A stretch of 45,286 nucleotides of DNA from Octopus sinensis. Taxonomy: Eukaryota. Numbering within the stretch: the stretch's first letter is position 1; each line of letters starts with the position of its first letter. The notes beneath the pieces are model-generated. The model made no database searches and was not told the origin of the DNA. It was given only the letters and a program-made list of their open reading frames with translations. The DNA lies in assembly GCF_006345805.1 (NCBI RefSeq), contig NW_021834578.1:1-45286 (forward strand), read 5' to 3'. Of the stretch, positions 21,057 through 32,059 are shown piece by piece. The position numbers were made by a program, and so were the translations under genes.

Positions 21057-22787
21057 CAGAGGGTTTGGGCTAACTTTCATTATTTTTATGTCTCATTTTT
21101 TAAAGGAATATTATCATCATCATCTTCATCATCCTTTCCATGCTGGCATGTGTTGGATGGTTTGAGAGAAACTGGCTGGACGGAAGACTGCACCAAGCTT
21201 CAGTCTCTGTTTTTGCATGGTTTATATGACTAGATGCCCTTCCTAACACCAACCATCCCAGAGAGTGGACATGGCACCAGCATAGGCGAGGTCAGTTCTG
21301 GCATGATTTTTACAGCTGGATGCCCTTCCAAATGCCAACCACTTTACAATATAGACTGGATGCTTTTTACATGGTATCAGCATTGGTATGGGCACTGAGT
21401 AACTCGCAAGACAAAGATCTTTTGAGAGGGGAGAGAGCATTGGAGGGGGGTGATCTTGTGCCAGATTATGAAAGGTTAGAGTGTGAAAGAGAGATAGAAA
21501 GAGGTGACTTGCTAAAGAGATACATGGTTACTTGGCCAGAGGTGGGAAGTGATCAAGAATGAGGACAGAAACAGGTGTGTGGCTGTAGAGGAGATACATG
21601 GTTAACCCGTGAGAGGGAGAGAGAGAGAGAGAGAGAAAGAGCAGAGGAGAGATGGTGGAGAAGTGCCAGGGCATACTGAGAAGGAAGTGGAATCAGAATA
21701 TAGATAGGCTGGTAGAATAGAGCAAGAGAGAGATAGATGGTGGTGAAGTGCTATGGCATATCGTCAAGGTATGGGGTTCAGAATATAAATGGTAAGGTAT
21801 GCCAAAGGTGCATGAGTAGGAATGTAAGGAGTGTGGGGGTGGGGAATGCAGTGACTGTTGAAAACTGGGTATATAGAGGGAGTGGGAGATGACAGGATTG
21901 GGGAGTGAGAGATAAGCATAAGCATAGGAAATGGGAGGAAGTGAAGAGATGTGGTTTGGTTTGCTGAGGTAAAGTGTGTGAAAAGTGGTTCTTTTTTTGT
22001 TAGCTTGATGTGTTGGTGGACAGTGTTGGTGAGCATAAAGATTAAAGAGGTGAGAAAAAGTTAGTTGAGATGGAGGAGTGATGATGATTGATGCTGGGTG
22101 TCAAAATGCCAACATCCTGACTCCTGTCCAATGCTCTGTGAACACTTCATAGGCTATGAGATATGGCATGGACAGCTGCAGCAAAAGCTACAAAGTGAGC
22201 AGGAAGGACACAGTAGGCATTGTGACATGTCCGCATGTTGAATTTCATCCAGCAACTGGGGAACAGGGGATTAGGATTAATTTAGACAGCTATGTGAAGC
22301 TGCTGAGACTGTAGTCAAACTCTGGCTGTAGGGGACTGCTGCTGAAAGGCCATGTGTGTGGCAGTAGGATTCAGCTCCTTGCCTTGACTCTGGAAAAAGT
22401 CAGAAGTGGCTGTTGGAGAATTTGTATGGCTTCACCGGCCCCACTTTTTGGCCTCTGAATTTCTCCAGTTGTAATCCTAAGGATTATTATGTATGAGGTG
22501 TCATTGAGAAAGGCATCTACCACTCTGTCTGCAACACCTGGCCCGAGCTTGTGGCCAAGATCAAAGAGGTTTTCAAAGATCTTTCCAAGGACACAATAAG
22601 GAATGCATGTGCGAGGTTCCAGGGTTATCTAGAGGCTGTGACAGAAGCTGCAGGTAGCTAATTTGGGTAAAATGTTACTTCCTAGCCATAATGTACTTTG
22701 ATTTTCTTTAGAATATCTTTATCTTTGGATGGGATACTGTTTTCTTTTCCTTATATGCAAACTGCCAAATTTAGCCCAAACACCCTG
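21057..22787 (+). mobile_element. maT/DD37D-like DNA transposon relic with nested insertions
   Basis: TA-flanked TIRs cagagggtttgggctaa and ttagcccaaacaccctg. Transposase C-terminus at ~22280-22660 (WQ*DSAPC...SQKWL...FWP...NP.DYYV). RTE-tail-like insert from 21113 (-). Confidence 0.72.
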
Positions 22788-22793
22788 TATATA

Positions 22794-23250
22794 TCATCCT
22801 CATCATCATTTAACGTCTGTTGTCCATGCTGGCATGGGTTGGATGGTTTGACTGGGCTGGCATACTGGAAGACTGTGCCAGGCTCCAGTCTGATTTGGTA
22901 TGGTTTTCTATGGCTGGATGCCCTTCCTAATGCCAACCACTCTGAGAGCATAATGGGTGCTTTCACCACTGGCATAGGTACCATTTGCATGACACCGGTA
23001 TCTGCCTCAACTGCGATTTTGCTCAGTTTGATGGATCTTCTTCTCAAGCACAACATAATGCCAAAGGTTTTGGTCAGTGCCTCCATGAGGCCCAACACTC
23101 AAAAGGAACTCAGCCACTTTGCCTGCATGTGGCCCAAAGCTTGAAAGGAACTCAACCACTTTGCCTCTGTGAAGCCCAATGTTCAAAGGTTGAATTTTTT
23201 ATGTGCCACCAGTACAGGTGCACCTGGCTTGATGAATCCTCTTAAGCAGA
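22794..23250 (-). mobile_element. RTE-type 3' tail variant
   Basis: (CAT)n ttaacgtc...ggatgcccttcctaatgccaacc, followed by a different ~38-bp internal repeat. Confidence 0.65.
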
Positions 23251-23351
23251 GCACATTGCCAAAGGTATCGATCAGAAGACAACAAATGCAGAGGCATATC
23301 AAGCATCTCAAGTCATATACATTATTTTATATTATTCTTGAATTAGTTGAG

Positions 23352-23426
23352 GTCTTACAGCTGTTCTGAGATGTCCCAAATGATAGGTGAGTATGCCTGA
23401 ATATGGGGCGTTCCATCATCAGAGAC
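23352..23426 (-). ncRNA. Type I hammerhead motif (one A of GAAA lost)
   Basis: gucu CUGAUGA ugga...ucuca GAA CAGCUG UA agac. Confidence 0.6.
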
Positions 23427-23564
23427 AAGTAAAGAACATATGAAAGATCTTTATTTCCTTACTCTCTATTCTTCTATTTCATTGCTTATTATCTGCAAAT
23501 TTTCCATGTCTAGATCTTTTATCTGAATATTTCCGTGTCTATATCTTTCCTATGTTCTCTACTT

Positions 23565-23639
23565 GTCTCTGATGATAGAGTACCCCACATTCAGGCATAC
23601 TTGCCTATCACTTGGGATATCCAGAAACAGTAGTAAGAC
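23565..23639 (+). ncRNA. Type I hammerhead motif
   Basis: gucu CUGAUGA uaga...ucca GAAA CAGUAG UA agac. Predicted cleavage after GUA at 23635. Confidence 0.7.
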
Positions 23640-23729
23640 CTCAACTAATTTCAGAATAATATAAAATAAAGTATATGACTTGAGATGCTTGTTGTGCCTC
23701 AGCATTCATTGTCCTCTTTCACAAATATA

Positions 23730-24240
23730 TCTATATATATAAAACTGTAGTTGTGTGAGTGTCTGTCCCCTTCGATTTAGATTCCTAACTCCTCCCACAT
23801 TTTGCGGTGCAGTTTAACCAAATTCGGGTATCTTATAGTTGGGATTCATATCGAGCCCGTCTGGGTATTAGCGCGCGTCTACGATGAGTCTACGATTTTA
23901 AAAATAATTTAACATTATTTTTTATTCCATTTTAATGCATATTTTTTCGTGTGTCGATGGCGGCGAAGTTGGCGTCCATGGTCACAGCTGCACCTGCTTG
24001 CTTCTCCCCCTTCTTCCCTCCCTCGTGAAGCTGTGGGGAAGGGAGTGTAAGGAATCAACGTCGTAAAGCGTTGTCAAGGAGACCAGCGTTCTTTTAGAAC
24101 AACGACTTCATGGCTTGAAGACACCAAAACAGAAATGGCTAAGAAAGCCCGAATTGGCATCTATAAGGGAAGTAACTCTCTAAAAATGCTTATATAGTTA
24201 TTTCCCTTACAAACCCGAGCAACGAGGGCGATACTGCTAG
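23730..24240 (+). mobile_element. Non-autonomous Helitron
   Basis: A|TCtatatatataaaa ... cccgagcaacgaggg cgatactgCTAG|T. Near-identical to 30634-31152. Confidence 0.85.
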
Positions 24241-24352
24241 TATTTGCTAAATCAACAATGTAAAATGGTTACGTGCTTGGAACCGTGATAATTTATTACA
24301 TCATTTACCAGCATACCTATTGTTTATTTGTTAGATCACAAGTGAACCCCAT

Positions 24353-24406
<54 letters not shown>

Positions 24407-24502
24407 TAAATTAGAGACAAAGCCACTATTATGCAAATCAAACAGAGAAAGACTTAATCCAACATAATTAATTATATTTAGAAATTTAACAATTATTAAT
24501 AT

Positions 24503-24566
24503 CCACTACGATCATTTCATGTCTTCTTTTCATCACGTCTTTGAGTAGTAGACATTCTTCAGGTGG
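24503..24566 (-). ncRNA. Type I hammerhead motif in a Penelope-like tail (element ~24400-24640)
   Basis: ccac CUGAAGA AUGUCU ...loop... AGACAU GAAA UGAUCG UA gugg. Confidence 0.75.
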
Positions 24567-24838
24567 TTTCAAATCTAAAATATAATCAATATTTTTAAGA
24601 TATAAATAACCTATATAATCTAAAATAATAAAAACTTACCTTCGAAACACGCATTGAGTCGAACCAGGGGCAGCTGATGAAGGGGAATTTTCCTTGTATT
24701 GTTTGTCCTGTACTCTGTTTTTTCGTTGTTAAAAAAAAGTCCGTTTCCTTGTTTGATTTTATGTTCTCGTCTCTCGTTGTGTTCTACGTTTATTTGTGGT
24801 GTCCTGTACTCATATATATATATATATATATATATATG

Positions 24839-25295
24839 ATAGAAATATTAAAATTACTAAGTCTCTCTAAAAGAGAACAATGGCAGTGTTCCCGGAAAAT
24901 ATTAGTTATCGCCATACTAATATGGCATTCTTATAAAAATAAGAATAAAGCTGACCGCTTATTAGCTCCATGAGGCCATCGCCTAAGTTAGCTATTTGAT
25001 ACACAAACTGTATCCATATAACCTTCGAACAAGGGAGGTCAGTCGCTCCACACTACTTGACCGGCAGCTACAGACGCGTTTCGGGGTATTGCCCCTTTTC
25101 AATGCAGCGTAGCCAGCCAGTAGGTGTCGCTTCTGACAATCTCTGTTCGATGGTTTTATTTACCTAGTTTCGGTGGAATACATCCACTTGTTTTCAATAA
25201 TAGAAATATTAAATTACTAAGTCTCTCTAAAAGAGAACAACGGCAGCGTTCCCGGAAAATATTAGTTATCGCCATACTAATATGGCATTCTTATA
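24839..25295 (-). mobile_element. Terminally redundant 360-bp unit (retrozyme/pLTR-like)
   Basis: ~96-bp direct repeats at 24839-24935 and 25200-25295, flanked by (TA)n, with two hammerhead-like folds inside. Confidence 0.7.
25067..25108 (-). ncRNA. Minimal hammerhead-like motif with variant core
   Basis: gcugca UUGAAAA GGGG caaua CCCC GAAA CGCG UC uguagc. Confidence 0.6.
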
Positions 25296-26015
25296 TATAT
25301 ATGCATGTATATAACATGTAGATGTAAGTATGTACATATATGTATGTATATAGGCATATATTTTATATTATTTATTATATTATATATATATATATACACA
25401 CACATACACACATATATATACATACACACAATTTCTGTATTTGTTTGCAAGATCCTTGATGTGCAATTGTATGTTGGAAGAAATGTTGAAATAATGTCCA
25501 TATACATCTATGAAGTAGATCACTAAACAGTTGCTAAAACTGACACAATGTATGCCAAAAATCTCTCAAATCACACCCTTTTGTCTTATGTAACATATAT
25601 GTACATTTAAACAACTCAGGGAGACTTTTATAAGATAAAGTGATTGATAGAAAAGGTAGTCAAAGCTCCCTCAAATCAAACCTACTGTCTTATGCATGTC
25701 TAGAATTGCCAAAAAAGGTAGTTGGAACTAATACAAATAGCAGCCAAATCTCAAACACAACTTTCTTAAAAAAGTAAAAGGTATATCAAAATGATGAGAA
25801 AGTCATTTATGGAGTGCATTTGGTCAAAGGTCTGCTCAATAAAGACTGAACTGTGGCTAAACACCAACAGCTAGTTACAACTGGTCAGATGATGAGTCAA
25901 TGAGAATCCTGTATATGGACTCTTGAAGGGCTAAAGCTAAATCTCCCTCAACCTACATTTTACAATCTTAAAAAAGCAAGGACACAATAAATGACATAAA
26001 TTCTGTATCTCATAA

Positions 26016-26220
26016 CCCTTTAGTATTTGAGCCAATCATATCCAGTGCAAATATTTGTTTTACATTCTAATTGGTCAGATTTGGCTTCTCACACTAACCC
26101 TACAATGTCATTCTAAAAATGAATAACTGCATCTTTGAACTCTCAAAGCTACATGATTAATTCAACACAATGTAAATAAATAAGCATTACATTTGACAGA
26201 GCAATCTGAATGCTAAAGGG
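26016..26220. mobile_element. piggyBac-type MITE
   Basis: ataa|CCCTTTAGtatt ... aatgCTAAAGGG|ttaa. Confidence 0.7.
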
Positions 26221-26342
26221 TTAAGGGATGAAAGGGTCATAGCCATTAATGCCTTTGGTCCTAGGTTTGCTTGATTCATTTGACCTTGGACTAAACATCA
26301 ACAACCAGTTATAACCAGTTGGATGGCAAGTATTCGGCTTAC

Positions 26343-26544
26343 CGCAGCTGGTGTTCCATCTCTCGGTCAAGAACCTTCTGGAAGGGGCGCGAGGTATAGT
26401 AGCCACTCCAGTAGTGGTCATCTCGATCAGCATAGGTGAAGAAATCACCTGACAGTGAAGGTATGTTTGGGGAGGATCCCCAGGTGCAATTTTATGCTTC
26501 TTGTAGATTGCATTGAAATAGTCAGACAAAGTTCCAAACTTAAT
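26343..26544 (-). CDS. MAN2A1: alpha-mannosidase II coding exon B (apparent 1-bp deletion)
   Basis: Reads [28 protein letters not shown], then after a frame change [40 protein letters not shown]. Acceptor atttcag, donor GTAAG. It is 202 nt where the flanking phases require 203. Confidence 0.92.
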
Positions 26545-26934
26545 CTGAAATAAAACAAAAAAACAAACATAAAAATAGAGAAATAAATAATCAAAACTAA
26601 AAAACAACAAAACTCATCTAGACAAATAATATAAATATATTAAAAAACAAAAATACAATTACATAAACATATAGTATAATAAATCCATAAAAATTTATGT
26701 TTCATTGGTTTGATGAAGGATCCAGATTTTAACTGTTTTTCTTGAAGCTAATTAGAAGACAAAACAGCAGGTAATATGGGGGGGTGCACAATTATTGTGG
26801 CTTTTTTTCAACAAAGTTTATTCAACAAAAACAATACAACATGTAACCAAAACATCTTGAATTGATTATTCCGGAGCATATTCACCATCTACTCCAATTA
26901 CTGCTTCTCATTAGCTTGGCAGAAGTGGTGTGTA

Positions 26935-26966
26935 TGAGAGAGAGAGAGAGAGAGAGGGGGGAGAGG

Positions 26967-27001
<35 letters not shown>

Positions 27002-27025
27002 TGTGTGTGTGCTTGTGTGTGTATG
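26935..27025. repeat. (GA)n(GT)n compound microsatellite
   Basis: Read directly. Many other (TA)n, (CA)n and (GA)n tracts occur across the window. Confidence 0.9.
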
Positions 27026-27126
27026 TGAGAAAGAGATATTCAGTTCTAAGTCAGACTTGATCCAATATATACATACAGTTCAAAGTCACAATATTGTGTA
27101 TACCATGTCTTTCTTTACCGACTTCA

Positions 27127-29350
27127 GATAGTAAGGTATTATTTGAGACAGTAAGGTATTATTTGAGATAATAAGGTATTATTTGAGATAGTAAGGTATT
27201 ATTTGAGACAGTAAGGTATTATTTGAGATAATAAGGTATTATTTGAGATAGTAAGGTATTATTTGAGACAGTAAGGTATTATTTGAGATAATAAGGTATT
27301 ATTTGAGATAGTAAGGTATTATTTGAGATAATAAGGTATTATTTGAGATACTAAGGTATTATTTGAGATAATAAGGTATTATTTGAGATAATAAGGTATT
27401 ATTTGAGATAATAAGGTATTATTTGAGATAGTAAGGTATTATTTGAGATAGTAAGGTATTATTTGAGATAATAAGGTATTATTGAGATAATAAGGTATTA
27501 TTTGAGATAGTAAGGTATTATTTGAGATAATAAGGTATTATTTGAGATAATAAGGTATTATTTGAGATAGTAAGGTATTATTGGAGATAATAAGGTATTA
27601 TTTGAGATAATAAGGTATTATTTGAGATAGTAAGGTATTATTTGAGATAATAAGGTATTATTTGAGATAGTAAGGTATTATTTGAGATAGTAAGGTATTA
27701 TTTGAGAGTAAGGTATTATTTGAGATAATAAGGTATTATTTGAGATAGTAAGGTATTATTTGAGATAGTAAGGTATTATTTGAGATAATAAGTATTATTT
27801 GAGATAATAAGGTATTATTTAGATAATAAGGTATTATTTGAGATAGTAAGGTATTATTTGAGATAATAAGGTATTATTTGAGATAATAAGGTATTATTTG
27901 AGATAATATGGTATTATTTGAGATAATAGGTATTATTTGAGATAATAAGGTATTATTTGAGATAATAAGGTATTATTTGAGATAGTAAGGTATCATTTGA
28001 GATAGTAAGTATCATTTGAGATAGTAAGGTATTATTTGAGATAGTAAGGTATTATTTGAGATAGTAAGGTATTATTTGAGATAATAAGTATTATTTGTGA
28101 TAATAAGGTATTATTTGAGATAATAAGGTATTATTTGAGATAGTAAGGTATTATTTGAGATAATAAGGTATTATTTGAGATAATATGGTATTATTTGAGA
28201 TAATAAGGTATTATTTGAGATAATAAGGTATTATTTGAGATAGTAAGGTATCATTTGAGATAGTAAGGTATCATTTGAGATAGTAAGGTATTATTTGAGA
28301 TAGTAGGTATTATTTGAGATAGTAAGGTATTATTTGAGATAATAAGGTATTATTTGAGATAATAAGGTATTATTTGAGATAATAAGGTATTATTTGAGAT
28401 AATAAGGTATTATTTGAGATAGTAAGGTATTATTTGCGATAATAAGGTATTATTTGAGATAATAAGGTATTATTTGAGATAGTAAGGTATTATTTGAGAT
28501 AGTAAGGTATTATTTGAGATAGTAAGGTATTATTTGAGATAATAAGGTATTATTTGAGATAGTAAGGTATTATTTGAGATAATAAGGTATTATTTGAGAT
28601 AATAAGGTATTATTTGAGATAATAAGGTATTATTTGAGATAATAGGTATTATTTGAGATAGTAAAGTATTATTTGAGATAATAGGTATTATTTGAGATAA
28701 TAAGGTATTATTTGAGATAGTAAGGTATTATTTGAGATAGTAAGGTATTATTGAGATAATAAGGTATCATTTGAGATAGTAAGGTATTATTTGAGATAGT
28801 AAGGTATTATTTGAATAGTAAGGTATTATTTGAGATAATAAGGTATTTTTGAGATAGTAAGGTATTATTTGAGATAGTAAGGTATTATTTGAGATATAAG
28901 GTATTATTTGAGATAATAAGGTATTATTTGAGATAGTAAGGTATTATTTGAGATAGTAAGGTATTATTTGAGATAATAAGGTATTATTTGAGATAATAAT
29001 GTATTATTTGAGATAGTAAGGTATTATTTGAGATAGTAAGGTATTATTTGAGATAATAAGGTATTATTTGAGATAATAAGGTATTATTTGAGATAGTAAG
29101 GTATTATTTGAGATAGTAAGGTATTATTTGAGATAATAAGGTATTATTTGAGATAGTAAGGTATTATTTGAGATAGTAAGGTATCATTTGAGATAATAAG
29201 GTATCATTTGAGATAATAAGGTATCATTTGAGATAGTAAGGTATTATTTGAGATAGTAAGGTATTATTTGAGATAGTAAGGTATTATTTGAGATAGTAAG
29301 GTATTATTTGAGATAATAAGGTATTATTTGAGATAATAAGGTATTATTTG
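27127..29350. repeat. 20-bp tandem satellite, ~111 copies of GATA(A/G)TAAGGTATTATTTGA
   Basis: Read directly. 2224 bp divided by 20. Confidence 0.98.
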
Positions 29351-29890
29351 CAGCTATTTCTAAGTGGTCAAACTACAATGTAAAAGCATTCACTGTTGGA
29401 TCTCTCTTCATATTTGTATTTGACTTGCAAGATTCATAAAATGTGTATCTTTTTTTTTTGGTGGATTTCTAAAAAGAAACACACCCATTAATACTAGTTA
29501 ATTTAATTGTTTATTCAACTACTTAATCAATTAACTTAACTGCTTGATCAATCAATTAATCGGCTAATTGTTTAGAATCTCTTTGTCATGCTCCCATTAC
29601 TCCAGACCTGGCTCAGTCCTTCCTTTATATTCAGAAATCTATTACGGAAAATTAAACCTCCTTGTAATCTACTACTTTTTATTGTATTTTTTCTTTTTTA
29701 TTATTTTATTATATTATATTTCCCCCTTTCTAACCTCTCCTGCTAACAGTGTTCTGCTGTTGTCTTACTGTAGAAATATATATTTATATATAGTTAATCC
29801 AAACAAGAAAACACAAAAAAACACAACAACGCGAGGACGTGGAACAAATATAGTATTATTGGACGCTCAGGAAAGAAGGGAAGAAGGAGG

Positions 29891-29925
29891 GTTTAACGTT
29901 TCGAGCGGAGCTCTTCGTCGGAAAC
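29891..29925 (-). ncRNA. Minimal hammerhead-like motif in a Penelope-like tail (element ~29790-29998)
   Basis: guuu CCGACGA a GAGC ucc GCUC GAAA CG UU aaac. The element is flanked by TA-rich tracts. Confidence 0.6.
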
Positions 29926-30005
29926 ATAGGAGAAGGAAAGATCCCGAGAAAGGAAGACAGAGGGAAAAAAATCGCCAACGGTACACACGAGGTCACATAT
30001 ATATA

Positions 30006-30049
<44 letters not shown>

Positions 30050-30052
30050 TAT

Positions 30053-30481
30053 ATCATCATCATCATCATCATCATCATTTAACGTCCGCTTTCCATGCTA
30101 GCATGGGTGGATGGTTCAACTGGGGTCTGGGGAGCCCGAAGGCTGCAGCAGGCCAGTCAGATCTGGCAGTGTTTCTACAGCTGGATGCCCTTCCTAATGC
30201 CAACCACTCCGAGAGTGTAGTGGGTGATTTTATGTGCTACCGACACAGGTGCCAGACGAGGCTGGCGAACGGCCACGCTCGGATGGTGTTTTTTATGTGC
30301 CACCGACACAGGTGCCAGATGAGGCTGGCGAACGGCCACGATCGAATGGTGTTTGTTACGTGCCCACAGCAAGGAGGCCAGTCGATGCGGTACTGTCTAC
30401 GGCCACGTTCGGATGGTTTTCTTGTGTGCCACCGCACTGGTACCACAAAGATACAAATTCCATTGATGTTCATCTATTTTT
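30053..30481 (-). mobile_element. RTE 3'UTR-only copy
   Basis: Reverse complement of 14905-15344. Confidence 0.85.
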
Positions 30482-30630
30482 AGAGACAAAACCATTATTA
30501 TGCAAATCATTTGCATAATAGTGGTTTTGTCTCTAATTTAATATAATATAATATTTTACTATAAAATTGGATTCAATCCTAAATCTGATTTTTCCCTGTA
30601 AGTTTGGATTTATTCCCTAATATTTATTAT
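30481..30630. repeat. Short palindrome plus tail of the 24400 family
   Basis: tagagacaaaaccattattatgcaaat c atttgcataatagtggttttgtctcta. The same sequence occurs at 24412-24440. Confidence 0.75.
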
Positions 30631-30633
30631 ATA

Positions 30634-31152
30634 TCTATATATATAAAACTGTGGTTGTGTGAGTGTCTGTCCCCTTCGATTAGATTCCTAACTCCTCCCA
30701 CATTTTGCGGTGCAGTTTAACCAAATTCGGGTATCTTATAGTCGGGATTCATATCGAGCCCGTCTGAGTATTAGCGCGCGTCTACGATGAGTCTACGATG
30801 AGTCTACGATTTAAAAAATAATTTAACATCATTTTTTATTCCATTTTAATGCATATTTTTTGTGTGTCGATGGTGGCGGAGTTGGAGTCCATGGTCACAC
30901 CTGCACCTGTTTGCTTCTCCCCCTTCTTCCTCCCTCGTGAAGCTGTGGTGAAGGGAGTGTAAGGAAATCAACGTCGTAAAGCGTTGTCAGGAGACCAGCG
31001 TTCTTTTAGAACAACGACTTCATGGCTTGAAGACACCAAACAGAAATGGCTAAGAAAGCCTGAATTGACATCTATAAGGGAAGTAACTCTCTAAAAATGC
31101 TTATATAGTTATTTCCCTTACAAACCCGAGCAACGCCGGGCGATACTGCTAG
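30634..31152 (+). mobile_element. Non-autonomous Helitron
   Basis: A|TC ... cccgagcaacgccggg ... CTAG|T. Confidence 0.87.
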
Positions 31153-31179
31153 TTATATATATATATATATATATATATG

Positions 31180-31757
31180 TCTCGGTAGTCAAGATAAAAC
31201 TCTGAGTTTCAGATGCCGAAGTGGAAATCCACAACACCATCTCTTTGGTTATCTGGCTATTTGAAAACGTTATGAAAAAATACCGTTAAAAATAAAGGAA
31301 ATTACTCTGTTATAACTCTGCTTTGCCTGCGTACTTAAACATCGCTCGCATTTTTCGTCATAAAAATTATATAAAAATACATAAAAATATATAAAAATAT
31401 ATAAAAATATATAAATTCTTCTTGGGACATAACACAGAAAGCATGTTCTATCTGTTATCTTTAGGGGACCAAAAACGTAACAGAAATTTAGTCACATGTG
31501 GGCATGATCCGAAAAGCTCTGTCCTTGTATTTAGACATGTGGTAGGGTCTAAGCTGCTTTTCCAGATAAGCCATCTCTCCATGTCGCATAAACCGCACCT
31601 TCCGCTGCCGTTAGTATAGGGCTTACATCTGGCCAAAATCTTCCATTGTATGTTATAATCGACCCCTTTATCTCTTAAAGACCAAATATGATTGGATAAT
31701 TGTGTCGCTTTTCTTTTGTTCCAGTGCCTAAAGCTCAAAGTGTGGTTACCGTTTTAT
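31180..31757 (-). mobile_element. Penelope-like element 3' fragment (GIY-YIG endonuclease C-terminus + pLTR)
   Basis: ORF 31448-31738: T.LSNHIWSL...IQWKIL...Y......C.LC..E...I......LN.R.ELF..C.H. A degenerate hammerhead fold lies at 31190-31256. Confidence 0.82.
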
Positions 31758-31784
31758 CAATATATATATATATGTATATACAGT

Positions 31785-32043
31785 AGTGAAGGCTTAGTGG
31801 TTGGAGTAATTGGTTTACAATCATTAGATCGTGAGTTCAATTCCCTGCGGCACGTTGTGTCCTTGAGCAAGACACTTCACTTCATGATGCTCCAGTCCAC
31901 TCAGCTGGCAAAAATGAGTTGTACCTGTAATCCAAATGTCTGATCTTGTCACATTCTGTGTCAGACTGAATCTCCCTGAGAACTACATTAAGGGCACATG
32001 TGTCTGTGGAGTACTCAGCCACTTGCGTGTTAAATTCATGAGA
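31785..32043 (+). mobile_element. tRNA-derived SINE (1082 family)
   Basis: ggcttagtggtt...gagttcaattccc...gtgtccttgagcaagacactt. Confidence 0.78.
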
Positions 32044-32059
32044 ACGCTATTCTCCAGAT

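Larger units (their letters stand above)
23277..23714. repeat. Fold-back element with a hammerhead in each ~170-bp arm
   Basis: 23277-23448 is the diverged reverse complement of 23543-23714. Confidence 0.85.

Noticed and set aside
24640-24700. GAAAC followed by CTGATGA as a permuted (type II) hammerhead
   Set aside because: Convincing helices I and III could not be paired by eye. It may be a degenerate PLE remnant.
27127-29350. Possible CRISPR, telomeric or coding repeat
   Set aside because: It is head-to-tail with no spacers, is not TTAGGG-like, and has no ORF in the track.
29568-30101. 177-aa ORF and other YIYIYI/ERERER ORFs
   Set aside because: Low-complexity read-through of microsatellites and unrelated repeats.
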